DNA from: Rubripirellula sp. | Lineage (GTDB): Bacteria > Planctomycetota > Planctomycetia > Pirellulales > Pirellulaceae | Direction: 5' to 3' | Length of the DNA: 64,000 nt | Assembly: GCA_965216875.1 (NCBI GenBank) | Contig: OZ244207.1 | Coordinates: 1,152,001 to 1,216,000, forward strand | Shown: positions 19,677-29,260 of the stretch, piece by piece | How positions within the stretch are numbered: position 1 is the first letter of the stretch | How the letters are laid out: each line of letters opens with the position of its first letter | The notes under the pieces: model-generated | What the model saw: only the letters and a program-made list of their open reading frames with translations | Told to the model about the DNA's origin: nothing | Databases searched by the model: none | Position numbers and translations under genes: made by a program

Positions 19677-20726
19677 ATGTCCGAAGAATCACTTAGCCAG
19701 AACCAGGTCGAAAGTCTGCTCAAGGCGATGGAATCGGTCGAGGGTGCGCCACCCAAGCCCGATCCGCCCAAGTTTTCGGCTGAAAAAAGCCCAACCGCCC
19801 AGCGGGCGCCCAGCAGCATTGCACCGGCCGGCAGCCGAGTCACCGCATACGACTTCAAACGGCCTGAGCGGGTCGGTAAGGACCAAATGCGGGCGATGCA
19901 CTCGTTGCACGAAGCACTCGCCCGGAACTTTGGCGCGTCGATCTCGGGCATGCTGCGGACGATGATCGAAGTCAAACTGCTTAGCGTCGATCAATTGACC
20001 TACAGCGAGTTCGTTTTTAGCCTGGACAATCCCAGTTACTTCAACGTGCTCAAGCCCGCGCCGCTTGAAGGCAACTGGATCCTGGACATCGCACCGACGC
20101 TATCGTACGCAGTGATTGACCGTATGCTCGGGGGCGATCCCAATCCGAACGATACGGTGCGTCGGCCGCTCACGGAAATCGAAAACCGTTTGATGGGGCG
20201 TGTCGTCGAAATCTTCCTGACGCAATTGCATAGCGCCTGGGAGAACATCATCGATCTGGAGCTTGAAGTGGAAAGCGTCGAAAGCAATCCACAGCTCGTA
20301 CAGATCGTTCCGCCCAACGAAGTCGTGATCCTGGTTGGCTTCGAAGTTTTGCTGGGCAAGAATCGCGGGATGATGAATCTTTGTATTCCGTTCAACACGA
20401 TCGAGAATTTCAACTCACAGTTGTCACGCAACGGATGGGTCGGTTACGGCAAAGGCAAACCGACTGAGGAGAGTCGCGAACAAATCAGTTCCAACATCGA
20501 TCAGGCTCCGGTCGACATTGTCGTGACCCTTGCACGATCAACGATTCGCACCCGTGACCTGCTTGATCTTTCGGTGGGCGATGTGATCACGACCGAAAAG
20601 GAAGTGACTGAACCTTTGGAATTAGCGGTGCAAGACGTGCACAAGTTTGACGCGCGAGCTGGCGCGTTCAAAGGAAAGAAAGCCGTGCAGATCGAAACGA
20701 TCGTCGAGAACCCAAAGAAGGGTTAA
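19677..20726 (+). CDS. fliM: Flagellar motor switch protein FliM
   Basis: CheY-binding LSQNQVESLL, YDFKRPERV, VDQLTYSEF, RPLTEIE, ESNPQLVQIVPPNE and a C-terminal SpoA domain. Confidence 0.95.
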   Translation: MSEESLSQNQVESLLKAMESVEGAPPKPDPPKFSAEKSPTAQRAPSSIAPAGSRVTAYDFKRPERVGKDQMRAMHSLHEALARNFGASISGMLRTMIEVKLLSVDQLTYSEFVFSLDNPSYFNVLKPAPLEGNWILDIAPTLSYAVIDRMLGGDPNPNDTVRRPLTEIENRLMGRVVEIFLTQLHSAWENIIDLELEVESVESNPQLVQIVPPNEVVILVGFEVLLGKNRGMMNLCIPFNTIENFNSQLSRNGWVGYGKGKPTEESREQISSNIDQAPVDIVVTLARSTIRTRDLLDLSVGDVITTEKEVTEPLELAVQDVHKFDARAGAFKGKKAVQIETIVENPKKG

Positions 20727-20796
20727 TGTGGCACGGATGACCTTTCGGTGAAGGTCGGGCGACGAACAATCGTCGAGATTGAGAAAGTCGATGCGA

Positions 20797-20828
20797 CGCT
20801 AGCTTGTAGATGAGTCCACAAGCTAGCG
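20797..20828. terminator. Hairpin between convergent fliM and HU genes
   Basis: CGCTAGCTTGT-N10-ACAAGCTAGCG perfect inverted repeat, no long U-tract. Confidence 0.5.
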
Positions 20829-20873
20829 CCCAAGCGACAATGCGTGATTGCAATGATCTCGCTGGCAAACGCC

Positions 20874-21191
20874 TTAGATCATTTCCTTGAGGCCCTTGAG
20901 CGGGCGAATCGCGAGCTTCTTGGTAGCTGGCTTTGGCTTCAGCCAGATTTCCGAACCGTCGGCTGGGTTGCGGCCCTTACGCTTCGGCTTGGCGGGAACG
21001 TCCTTGAGGACGATCTTGCAAAGTCCGGGGATTGCGAACTGACCAGGACCGCCCTTGGCCAACGCTTTGGCGATTTCCTCGGCCAAAGCATCAAACACAG
21101 CTGCGACATCCTTTTTGGACAGCTCGGTTTCTTCCGCGATGTTGGCCAGGATCTGAGTCTTGGTCGGAGCCTTTAGCGGAGCTTTTGCCAT
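20874..21191 (-). CDS. HU family DNA-binding protein
   Basis: TKTQILANIAEETELSKKDVAAVFDAL, FAIPGLCKI, RKGRNPADG, RPLKGLKE. Confidence 0.92.
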   Translation of the reverse strand: MAKAPLKAPTKTQILANIAEETELSKKDVAAVFDALAEEIAKALAKGGPGQFAIPGLCKIVLKDVPAKPKRKGRNPADGSEIWLKPKPATKKLAIRPLKGLKEMI

Positions 21192-21611
21192 TTTGCGACA
21201 ACCTTTTTTCGTTGAGTTTGTAAGTGAATTCTGGGCCTGCGGCATCGATGCCCATCAATGGTATGGGCAAAGTGTTATGTGCGTGGCGTAATCCATGCAA
21301 CCCGGCTTAGGCCAAAAAAGCCCACGTTTTTCGGGGTTTTTTGCTCAAAACGCACTCTTCGCACCTCGGCTCGGCGCTACGAGGGCCTCTAGGAGGCGTC
21401 TTGCCGCGGTCGGACGGCACCTTCATCACCCCCTGTAACTGCCGTGGTCGTCGTCGCTGGGGGCGTTTCTGCGTTGCTACTGAGCAGATTTTCGCGGCCG
21501 TTTTCGCAATCGTTCGTGCTGGTCAAACGAAAAAAGTCGCCGCGATTTGCGACGACTTTTATACGGTTAAAAAATGGAAAAACGGGCGCCACTGGCCACG
21601 CCAAAATCGGA

Positions 21612-24600
21612 TCAATCGATGTTCGACGCCAACACTTCATCGATGGCCAATGCATCGAGTTGTTTTTCATCTTCCAGATCGTCGGCACTCGATTGGGCAA
21701 CCGAAAGTTGGGGAGCGACATCGGTGAGCGCGGTGTCGACCGAATCGGCCACGCCAACCTTCTCTTCCGAGTTCTCACCAAGCCACAGGTCGCCCGAGTT
21801 CGTTGGCAGCACGACAGCATCGGATCGCGAGTTGCCGTCATCGGTCACGGGGACAAAGACATCGGCAACCGAGGTGCTCTGCACGACCAGTTCGCCCTCA
21901 GGCTGTCGTTCGCCGACCGTGATTTCAGGCGTTGTGCCTGAGGCTGCTGCACTCGGGTTCGGCGCTGGAACGAATTGCGATTCAATGAACTCGGGGGAAG
22001 CATTGGTCGAAGGCGTTGTCACCGCTTCGAAGGACACGTCGTCATCTTCAACGCTGACCCGGTAGAGTTTCGCACCATTCGCTTCGCCACGCAGTTGAAC
22101 GCGTGAATCGGAAGTCGGAATTGTCGCTTGGATGTCATCGCCGGCATCGTCTTTGCCGCGGATGACAATGTTCTCGCCAGACGGGTCAAGTGAAACGGCC
22201 GGTTCGGAAACCGTGTCCGTTGCCTCGGTCGGTTCGGCAAACAATTGATCGCCACTATCGTTGACAGCGACAAGGATCGATTTGGTTGGCGTCGAACCGA
22301 GGAAGTCTTGCAACGTGATGTATCGTGGCAGCAGCGAACCGAGGTCGGTATCGATCGTCATGTCGCCGTCGTCGGCTTCACTGACCACTGGAATCGACTG
22401 GGCAGTTTGCGCTTTCGCTAAGAACGGAATCGCTGGGATTTCGAGTGTGTATGACCCAGGAAGTAGGTCTTCGAAGCGACCCGCACTGCTGTCATAAACC
22501 AGTGGCAGATCAACCGAATCACCAAGATCGTTGGTGCCTCGTAGGCGGATGCCGTCAACCGGTGTAAAGGAATCAGGGAAGTCAACGACAATGTTTCGTA
22601 CCGTGAAGTCGGTGACGTCGACGGTCACAGTCGCGGTGCTGACCGAACCTTGAGTTCCGTCGTGGATTTCGACCGTGAAGGTGTCCGTTCCTGTGAAGTC
22701 GCCCGAAGGTGGTGTGTAGAAGATGCGCTGTGTGGTTGCATCGATGCGGACCGTACCACCTGCGGATGTCGTTCCTAGATTCTCAAACGTGAGCGTTTCG
22801 CCGGCGTCAACGTTTTGCGGCAGATCCGCAAGGCTGAAGACTTCCGTTTCACCACTTGCGCGATTGACCGTTCGATCGGGGTTCGTGACCGGCGGTGCGT
22901 CATTGATTGCGTTGACCGTGAAGGTCACGGTGCCGACCGAAAGTCCACCACCGGTGTCGCGAATGGTGTAAGGAACGGTCGCTGTGCCGTTGAAGTCGGC
23001 TGCAGGCGTGTAGAAGAACTGCGTGCCATCGTTGCTGATCCGAGCGGTGCCGCCATCACTTGGCGTGCCCACGGAGTCGATGACAAAGGTTTGGTCGTCG
23101 ACGTCACGGTCGTCGTTCGTTGTGACGTCGAACTCGGCTTCGGCATCGTCTTCGTCGATCGTGAATGCATCGTCGTTTGCCGTCGGAGGATTGTCGGCCG
23201 GGGCAACGGTGACGGTGACCGTGGTTTGTTGTTCGAGTGCTCCGTCGCTGACGGTGTACGTGAACGTCTCGGTGCCTGTGAATCCTGAAGCCGGTGTGTA
23301 ACTGATGTCGGCGCCGTTGTTGGTGATCGTGACCGTACCACCTTGGTCGGTCGTGCCAACGGAGACCACGGTCAGCGTGTCGGCATCGATGTCGGAATCG
23401 TTATCAAGCACATCGAGCGTGTTGCCGGTGGAGTCTTGGTCGACGTTGAATGTGTCCGCAACGGCGACTGGCGAATCGTTGACGGGAGTGACCGAGACCG
23501 TCACGGTTGCGTCTTCCTGAATCCCATTGGTGTCGGAAACACGGTAGGTGAAGGTCAGGTCGCCGTTAAAGTCGGCACTTGGTGTGAATTTGACTTCACC
23601 GCCATCGAGGACGACGTTGCCGCCGGTGGTTGGCTGAGTCACCGAGACGACGCTTAGTGAAACATTGCTTCCCGCGACGATCGCATCATTGGCCAAGACG
23701 TTGAAGGTCGTTTCGCCGGAGTCTTCAGCGACGTCAAAGGTGTCGTCGGCGATGACGAAACTTTGGCCAACGGCGAGCGAGGCGCTACCGTATTCGATCT
23801 GGTCGGAAGTGACCAAGTCATCCAGGCCATACAGCAAGACTTCGCTGTCAACTTCATCCGCGGGTTCGCTGCGAATGTTGACAGATCCTGTACCGAGGGC
23901 TTCGAAGCGTACTGTCGCAATCAAGCTCTCTTCTTCGGCACTCGCGACGGTGCGATCCGACGCCGCACCGAGTTCGTTGATCAAGCCCGATGAGAAGGCG
24001 CCTTTGTTGACCGCTGGGAAGCGGTCAGCGTAGTCGATGGACGATCCTTGGACGGGACGTACAAGGCTGCTGTCAAACAAGATGTCCGCGAATGCCGCGA
24101 AGACCCCGTCACGTTGGAAAGAGAATTCACGTAGGTCGACGCCGATGAAGTTCATCAAGAACTCTTGTCCGACGGCGATGGAATCGATGGGCGTTCCCTG
24201 CAGGTCGGTCAATTCAATCTTGATGCCAACCAGCGGTTCGTTGGCGACATCGATACTGAAGTTCTCGGTGCGTGTGTTGCCGGCAAGGTCTGTCACTTCC
24301 AGAACAAACGCGTTCGTTCCCGCTTGGCTGGAGGTTGGCGTCCACGTGATCACACCGGTCGTTGGGTCGACCACGGCGCCGGTGGGCGAGGTCGTGAACG
24401 CATAGGTCAGGCCGCTGCCTTCTTCGCTGTTGATCAAGTCGGTTTCAAACGCACGGCCGACATTGGCTTGCGATGGAATCGTCGAGATCACCGAATCCGG
24501 GTCGGTCGAATCGTAGACAACGGTCAGACGAGCGGTCGAGATTTCGCTAGTGCTCGAGCCATCGCGTTGCCGGGCGGCGATTTCGTAGGTTCCGTCGCCG

Positions 24601-26432
24601 AGTGCGGCTAGGTTTGCAGTGGTGATCGTCGCGGTCGTTCCCGAAGCGAGTCCGGTTCCGATGACCGTGTTGCTGCCGGCCAACAAGAGTTCGACCGTCG
24701 CGCCATCGTCGACACCGGTCACCGTGAAGGTAAGGCTGCCAGCCGAGGTGACGTTGTCGATGTTGCTCGAGCCCGTGTCGCTTCCGGTTTCGAGATCGAT
24801 ACCGGTCGGCTGAGACAGGACGCCGCCCGAGAATGTGAAGGCGACGATTTGCGAGTCAAAGTCATTCGACGGCGTGGTTGGCTCGACACCGACTTGCACA
24901 TTGATGACTCCTTCGAAGCCAGCCGCCGGTGTGACGGTCACCAAGCCGGTGGTTGGGTTCACCGTCGCCGTTCCGCTTGCGGGACTCGACACCGATTGTG
25001 CGAAATAGCGAACGGCATCCCCTTCAACATCGATGCTGCTCAGTTGCAGGGTGGCTGGTGTGTCGTTGGGGAACGCAGCAGGGTCGGCGATCTCGTTCAA
25101 GAACGGCTGTGTGTTTGCATTGTCGGCGACAACATTCAACTGGAACGTTTCGTTGTGTGTGTTGCCATCTTGATCGCGAACCGTCACGGTCACGTTGGTC
25201 GAACCGGTCCGCAGTCCTCGCATCATGATCACTGAGTTCTCGGTGTCGTTGAAGACATCGATCGACTCGATCACCACGTCGTTATCAGGACGCTGAGAGG
25301 AACCGGCATTGCGCGACTCGGGAGTGCTTGTTGAACTGATCGCTTCCCGAACGTCTTCCCCCTCGACCAGTTGACCAAAGATCGAGTGGTTGCCATCGAG
25401 GAACCGTGCGGGGCCTTCGGTGACGAAGAACTGCGAGTTGTTTGTGTCGTCGCTCGATTTGGCAAACGACAAGACCCCGGATCGATTGTGTTGTAGGTCG
25501 GGATGGAATTGGTCGTCAAAGTTGCCCAGGTTCGATCCGCTCGTTCCCGTTCCCGTTGGGTCACCGGCCTGAATCACAAAGTCAGAAGTGACTCGGTGAA
25601 AGATGATTCCGTTGTAAAAGTCAGCGTCGGCCAGGTCGGCGACACGCTCGCTCGGTCGCGGTGCGCGTTGCTCGAACAATTCAAAGACCATGTCGCCATA
25701 GCCGGCCATGTTGATCCGAATCGATCGATTTCCTGACAGCACCGTCGCTTCTGCGATCGTTGGATCGTCGATCGAAACGGTGACCGTCAGTGGGCCGCCA
25801 TTGGGGTCGTAAGCGTCAACGGGTATGTGAAACGGCGATTCGAGTCGAATCGTTGTGTCGCCAATCGTCTCAAAGGTTGGGTCTTCACTTTCTGGGATCG
25901 CCACACCACTGCGTTGGCTCAACTCCTGGAGCGAGAGAACTCCTGTTTCGCGGCTCTGGTCGGGAAAGACCCACGTCGGGAACTGCGTGATGTTGTTGGC
26001 CGAGCCGATCGAGTTGAGCGTTCGATCCGGATTGGTCACCTCGATGAAGGGCAAGTTGTCTTTGCCGTCCGCAAAAAGTTCCTTTTGCTCGGTACAGGCG
26101 GGGCACCAGTGCGCACCGAAGAACTGAGTTCCCGAATCAGTCAGTCGCTTGGCGAATTCGACCAAGTCAGGAGCCGCTTCTCCTTCGGCCTGGCGAGTGC
26201 TTTGCAAGATGTTGGTTTCGGCAGCCGTCGATTGATCAGCAACGTCGCTGGTGCCGTCGGTGAATAGCAATTCGACGTCGCCAGCCAGCATTTGCCGCGA
26301 TTCCAGTGTTTCCAGCAGCAAACTTCCTCGCTGAGGATCATTTTCCTGGCGTTTTTCGCCAATGATGGAATCCAACAAGCGGCGGAAATGCGAACGCGAG
26401 GATGGGGAAGGTTGCTTGGGGGAAGAAGGCAT
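21612..26432 (-). CDS. Large planctomycete surface protein with thioredoxin-like, cyclophilin PPIase and Ig/cadherin-like (tandem-95) domains
   Basis: LETLESRQMLAG leader motif; FFGAHWCPAC...FPTW; FYNGIIFHRV...FVIQAGDP...NSQFFVT...HSIFGQLVEG; repeated 'NDxPxAxxDxF...YTPxxxFxGxxxFxY' units. Confidence 0.9.
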   Translation of the reverse strand: MPSSPKQPSPSSRSHFRRLLDSIIGEKRQENDPQRGSLLLETLESRQMLAGDVELLFTDGTSDVADQSTAAETNILQSTRQAEGEAAPDLVEFAKRLTDSGTQFFGAHWCPACTEQKELFADGKDNLPFIEVTNPDRTLNSIGSANNITQFPTWVFPDQSRETGVLSLQELSQRSGVAIPESEDPTFETIGDTTIRLESPFHIPVDAYDPNGGPLTVTVSIDDPTIAEATVLSGNRSIRINMAGYGDMVFELFEQRAPRPSERVADLADADFYNGIIFHRVTSDFVIQAGDPTGTGTSGSNLGNFDDQFHPDLQHNRSGVLSFAKSSDDTNNSQFFVTEGPARFLDGNHSIFGQLVEGEDVREAISSTSTPESRNAGSSQRPDNDVVIESIDVFNDTENSVIMMRGLRTGSTNVTVTVRDQDGNTHNETFQLNVVADNANTQPFLNEIADPAAFPNDTPATLQLSSIDVEGDAVRYFAQSVSSPASGTATVNPTTGLVTVTPAAGFEGVINVQVGVEPTTPSNDFDSQIVAFTFSGGVLSQPTGIDLETGSDTGSSNIDNVTSAGSLTFTVTGVDDGATVELLLAGSNTVIGTGLASGTTATITTANLAALGDGTYEIAARQRDGSSTSEISTARLTVVYDSTDPDSVISTIPSQANVGRAFETDLINSEEGSGLTYAFTTSPTGAVVDPTTGVITWTPTSSQAGTNAFVLEVTDLAGNTRTENFSIDVANEPLVGIKIELTDLQGTPIDSIAVGQEFLMNFIGVDLREFSFQRDGVFAAFADILFDSSLVRPVQGSSIDYADRFPAVNKGAFSSGLINELGAASDRTVASAEEESLIATVRFEALGTGSVNIRSEPADEVDSEVLLYGLDDLVTSDQIEYGSASLAVGQSFVIADDTFDVAEDSGETTFNVLANDAIVAGSNVSLSVVSVTQPTTGGNVVLDGGEVKFTPSADFNGDLTFTYRVSDTNGIQEDATVTVSVTPVNDSPVAVADTFNVDQDSTGNTLDVLDNDSDIDADTLTVVSVGTTDQGGTVTITNNGADISYTPASGFTGTETFTYTVSDGALEQQTTVTVTVAPADNPPTANDDAFTIDEDDAEAEFDVTTNDDRDVDDQTFVIDSVGTPSDGGTARISNDGTQFFYTPAADFNGTATVPYTIRDTGGGLSVGTVTFTVNAINDAPPVTNPDRTVNRASGETEVFSLADLPQNVDAGETLTFENLGTTSAGGTVRIDATTQRIFYTPPSGDFTGTDTFTVEIHDGTQGSVSTATVTVDVTDFTVRNIVVDFPDSFTPVDGIRLRGTNDLGDSVDLPLVYDSSAGRFEDLLPGSYTLEIPAIPFLAKAQTAQSIPVVSEADDGDMTIDTDLGSLLPRYITLQDFLGSTPTKSILVAVNDSGDQLFAEPTEATDTVSEPAVSLDPSGENIVIRGKDDAGDDIQATIPTSDSRVQLRGEANGAKLYRVSVEDDDVSFEAVTTPSTNASPEFIESQFVPAPNPSAAASGTTPEITVGERQPEGELVVQSTSVADVFVPVTDDGNSRSDAVVLPTNSGDLWLGENSEEKVGVADSVDTALTDVAPQLSVAQSSADDLEDEKQLDALAIDEVLASNID

Positions 26433-26507
26433 TAGTGGGTCTCGGGGTCTCTGTCGGGAAATGCTTTCTGCTTTTTGGCGGAATCACGCCACCGGCCACG
26501 ATGAACG

Positions 26508-26523
26508 AGCCAGAACTCTGCCA
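26508..26523 (-). promoter_or_regulatory. Possible sigma-54 (-24/-12) promoter for the surface protein gene
   Basis: Minus-strand TGGCAGAGTTCTGGCT has GG-N10-GC spacing, about 75 nt upstream of the ATG. Confidence 0.35.
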
Positions 26524-27075
26524 TCGTCATAGGGTCGGCATGAAAAGACGTCGGGACGAAAATATTCCGTACAACCCGCACGGCTTAACAGGACGGAAAA
26601 GACAGGCCAATCACACACCTTTTCGTGCTCAGAACTGCCCTTTGTCACCCTTTGCAGGCAAAAGCGGCCATTTCACCGCCAAGGCGAAAGTGCGACATCT
26701 GCCCCATCCGCGAGATTTCACAACCCTGAAACTTCGCTGTCGCTGTCAACTGCGTCATTCCAGTGTCCCCTCGGCCAGATCGGGTGGTCAGTCGTGAGAC
26801 GCGTGCAAATTAATGCGTGTTCCCCCCAATATAGCCAGAGTTGCTGATTTCCCCGGTTCGGTAATCCAAAACCTCTAGAGAGACCTGCGGGAGTGACACG
26901 GTTGGGCCGTCTGTCCCACTTTTAATAGCCTGGGCCCAATTTCATGTTTCGCGAAATCAACAGCTCACGCTATTGCGATTGGCCCGGAAGAGGGGCAACG
27001 CAGGGGCGAGGCGACGTCCGTGGGCCGCTTTTCTGTTCTAAGGAGGCCCGTTTCTTTTCGGGAGGATCGTTTCTT

Positions 27076-27297
27076 CTACGGAGGATCGTAGCCACTTCCG
27101 CCAAAGGGATTACACCGCAGGATGCGTTTGGCTGCGCGCCAGCCACCGCGAATCGGCCCATCTTTGCGGATCACTTCGATCGCATATTGGCTGCAGGTCG
27201 GTGTGTACCGGCAACTCGCCGGAAGCATCGGGCTGATCCCGATTTGATAGAAGCGAACCAGTTTGATCATCACCCAAGCGATAGATCGACGGATCAT
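27076..27297 (-). CDS. yidD: Membrane protein insertion efficiency factor YidD
   Basis: YQIGISP...[10 protein letters not shown]...[16 protein letters not shown]. Confidence 0.93.
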   Translation of the reverse strand: MIRRSIAWVMIKLVRFYQIGISPMLPASCRYTPTCSQYAIEVIRKDGPIRGGWRAAKRILRCNPFGGSGYDPP

Positions 27298-27390
27298 GTT
27301 TGTCCCTTCGCTCACACCCATTGCCGCGCCTCCACCAACATAATCGCCGCCGGCGACTTTTCGCCATGCCCGTGCATTCAGCACCTCTTC

Positions 27391-27448
27391 GTAGGTCATG
27401 CTCCGCATGACGGTCATGTAAGGCCCGACGCTAGCGCGTTCGGCTCAC
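27391..27448. repeat. REP pair
   Basis: GTAGGTCATGCTCCGCATGAC followed by GGCCCGACGCTAGCGCGTTCGGCTCAC, the same families as at 17055-17271. Confidence 0.8.
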
Positions 27449-27541
27449 GTGGTGATCGATTGTCATACAATCACGAGACGGAGTTTTTTGTTGAGAAGAC
27501 CGCAGCGGCGGTACGGTGTCTCGATCGCTTGGATGAATCAA

Positions 27542-28375
27542 ATGACCGCTCTGACTGACCAGCAGTTGTCTGACTACCGGCGTGATGGCTATCTCTTTGA
27601 GCGGCATCTGTTTTCGGCTGATGAGATTGCGGCTCTCGCCGAGACGGCTCGCAATGATCATGCGATGGACAAGGCGTCGGCCTTACGTGACGACGGTTTG
27701 GGAAACGACGTCCGCTTGTCGCTTTGGAATCATCCGGGTGAGGGAATCTATGGCATGTTCGCCCGATGTTGCCGGATGGTTGATCGCGTCGAGTCGATCC
27801 TGGGCGATGAGGCCTATCACTACCATTCGAAAATGATCTTGAAAGACGCCAAGGTGGGTGGCGCTTGGGCTTGGCACCAAGACTATGGCTACTGGTACCA
27901 AAACGGTTTGCTCTATCCCAATCTCTGCAGCGTCATGATTGCGGTCGACGATGCGACGATCGAAAACGGGTGCCTTCAAGTGCTCAAAGCATCGCATCAC
28001 ATGGGGCGAGTCAACCATGTCCTCTCAGGTGACCAAGCCGGTGCGGACATGGAGCGGGTGACGGAAGCGAAGAAGTCTCTTGAGCTCGTGCACTGCGAGA
28101 TGAAAGCGGGCGACGTGCTTTTCTTTCACGCGAACCTTTTGCACTGTTCGGCAGCCAACCACTCCGATCATGCTCGATGGGCGCTGATCTGCTGCTACAA
28201 CGCCAGGTCGAACAACCCCTACAAAGAGTCGCATCACCCGGCCTACACGAAGCTTGACAAAGTTGATGATTCGAAGGTGCTGGCAATTGGACGCGACGAC
28301 GCGCGGCGGTCGTCGGTGCAATTCGCGGATCTTGTGAACCGCGATCGTAGCGCCAAGAGCTTGGCCGAAGAGTGA
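27542..28375 (+). CDS. Phytanoyl-CoA dioxygenase (PhyH) family Fe(II)/2-oxoglutarate oxygenase
   Basis: YRRDGY, WHQDYGYW (HxD), ENGCLQV..SH, GDVLFFH..LLHCSAAN.S...R. Confidence 0.9.
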   Translation: MTALTDQQLSDYRRDGYLFERHLFSADEIAALAETARNDHAMDKASALRDDGLGNDVRLSLWNHPGEGIYGMFARCCRMVDRVESILGDEAYHYHSKMILKDAKVGGAWAWHQDYGYWYQNGLLYPNLCSVMIAVDDATIENGCLQVLKASHHMGRVNHVLSGDQAGADMERVTEAKKSLELVHCEMKAGDVLFFHANLLHCSAANHSDHARWALICCYNARSNNPYKESHHPAYTKLDKVDDSKVLAIGRDDARRSSVQFADLVNRDRSAKSLAEE

Positions 28376-28377
28376 TA

Positions 28378-28556
28378 CTGAGCCGAACGCGCTAGCGTCG
28401 GGCCCTTTGCGTCGGGGTTGTTGTGGCGAATACCGGCGGCTAGTGCCTTGCCGCTCAGCTGTGTGCCGTGATCGCGTAAGCGGCCGGGCTTTGATCGTCC
28501 TCACACTCGCCGCGCGTCAGCAAGGGCCCGAGGCCTGACGGCCTGCGGCTCACGGG
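28378..28556. repeat. Cluster of four related TGAGCCG-family palindromic repeats
   Basis: TGAGCCGAACGCGCTAGCGTCGGGCCC, ACCGGCGGCTAGTGCCTTGCCGCTCA, GTGATCGCGTAAGCGGCCGGGC and GGGCCCGAGGCCTGACGGCCTGCGGCTCAC. Confidence 0.7.
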
Positions 28557-28633
28557 CACTGCCCAATCTGCACAAGATGTTGCTCTGGTGGCACCAAGAT
28601 TGCAATCCGCAGCACAATCGCCTTGCCGCTCAT

Positions 28634-28660
28634 GAGCCGCGATCATGTGATCGCGGCTTC
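28634..28660. terminator. Hairpin downstream of the tail-collar genes
   Basis: AGCCGCGATCA-TG-TGATCGCGGCT inverted repeat, about 20 nt past the stop at 28678. Confidence 0.55.
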
Positions 28661-28677
28661 AAAGAGAATCACTCGCG

Positions 28678-29223
28678 CTAGTTGCGGGACGGGAAGGTAC
28701 CGATGAGTGCGATGATGTAATTCAATCCGAGGAACGGTTGACGGTTGCTGAACGAAGTGTTGTTGCCAGTGTTGAGAACCGTAACACCGCCTGTCAGCGC
28801 TCGCAGTGACGCGTCGGTAGCCGCCGTGCTGTAGATGTCTTCTGGCGAAAGACCCAACGCGTTGCCCGACGGATCATCTGAGTTGCCGTTATCTGTCACG
28901 TGACAGGGAACTGCCAAGGTCGATGTCGCTGTGTGGGTGTGGGCCGGCAGGTTGTTGACGTTCAGCGTTGTGTCAGCGTTACCTGACCTTTCACCAAGGG
29001 CGACATTTTGAAGACCAGGGCCTTGACCTTCGTGCACGGCCACGCGGCCTCGAAGTTCGGGCAACCCAAAGGTTGTTCGTCCATCGCCGCCGTAGGTTGT
29101 CCCTAGGATCGCAAATAGGGCTTGATTCTCACTGATTGCTAAGAGCTGACCATCACATAGTGCCCAGCCGCGAGGGGCGAAGTTGCCCGCGAATAAAATG
29201 ATTTGACCAATAAACGGTTCCAT
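28678..29223 (-). CDS. Phage tail-collar domain protein (MdpB/microcystin-dependent-like), paralog 2
   Basis: MEPFIGQIILFAGNFAPRGWALCDGQLL...LFAILGTTYGGDGRTTFGLPELRGR; LPAHTH; QPFLGLNYIIALIGTFPSRN. Confidence 0.92.
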   Translation of the reverse strand: MEPFIGQIILFAGNFAPRGWALCDGQLLAISENQALFAILGTTYGGDGRTTFGLPELRGRVAVHEGQGPGLQNVALGERSGNADTTLNVNNLPAHTHTATSTLAVPCHVTDNGNSDDPSGNALGLSPEDIYSTAATDASLRALTGGVTVLNTGNNTSFSNRQPFLGLNYIIALIGTFPSRN

Positions 29224-29260
29224 GACCTATCTCGCTGTTAAGTGTTTTTGCGGGTGATGC

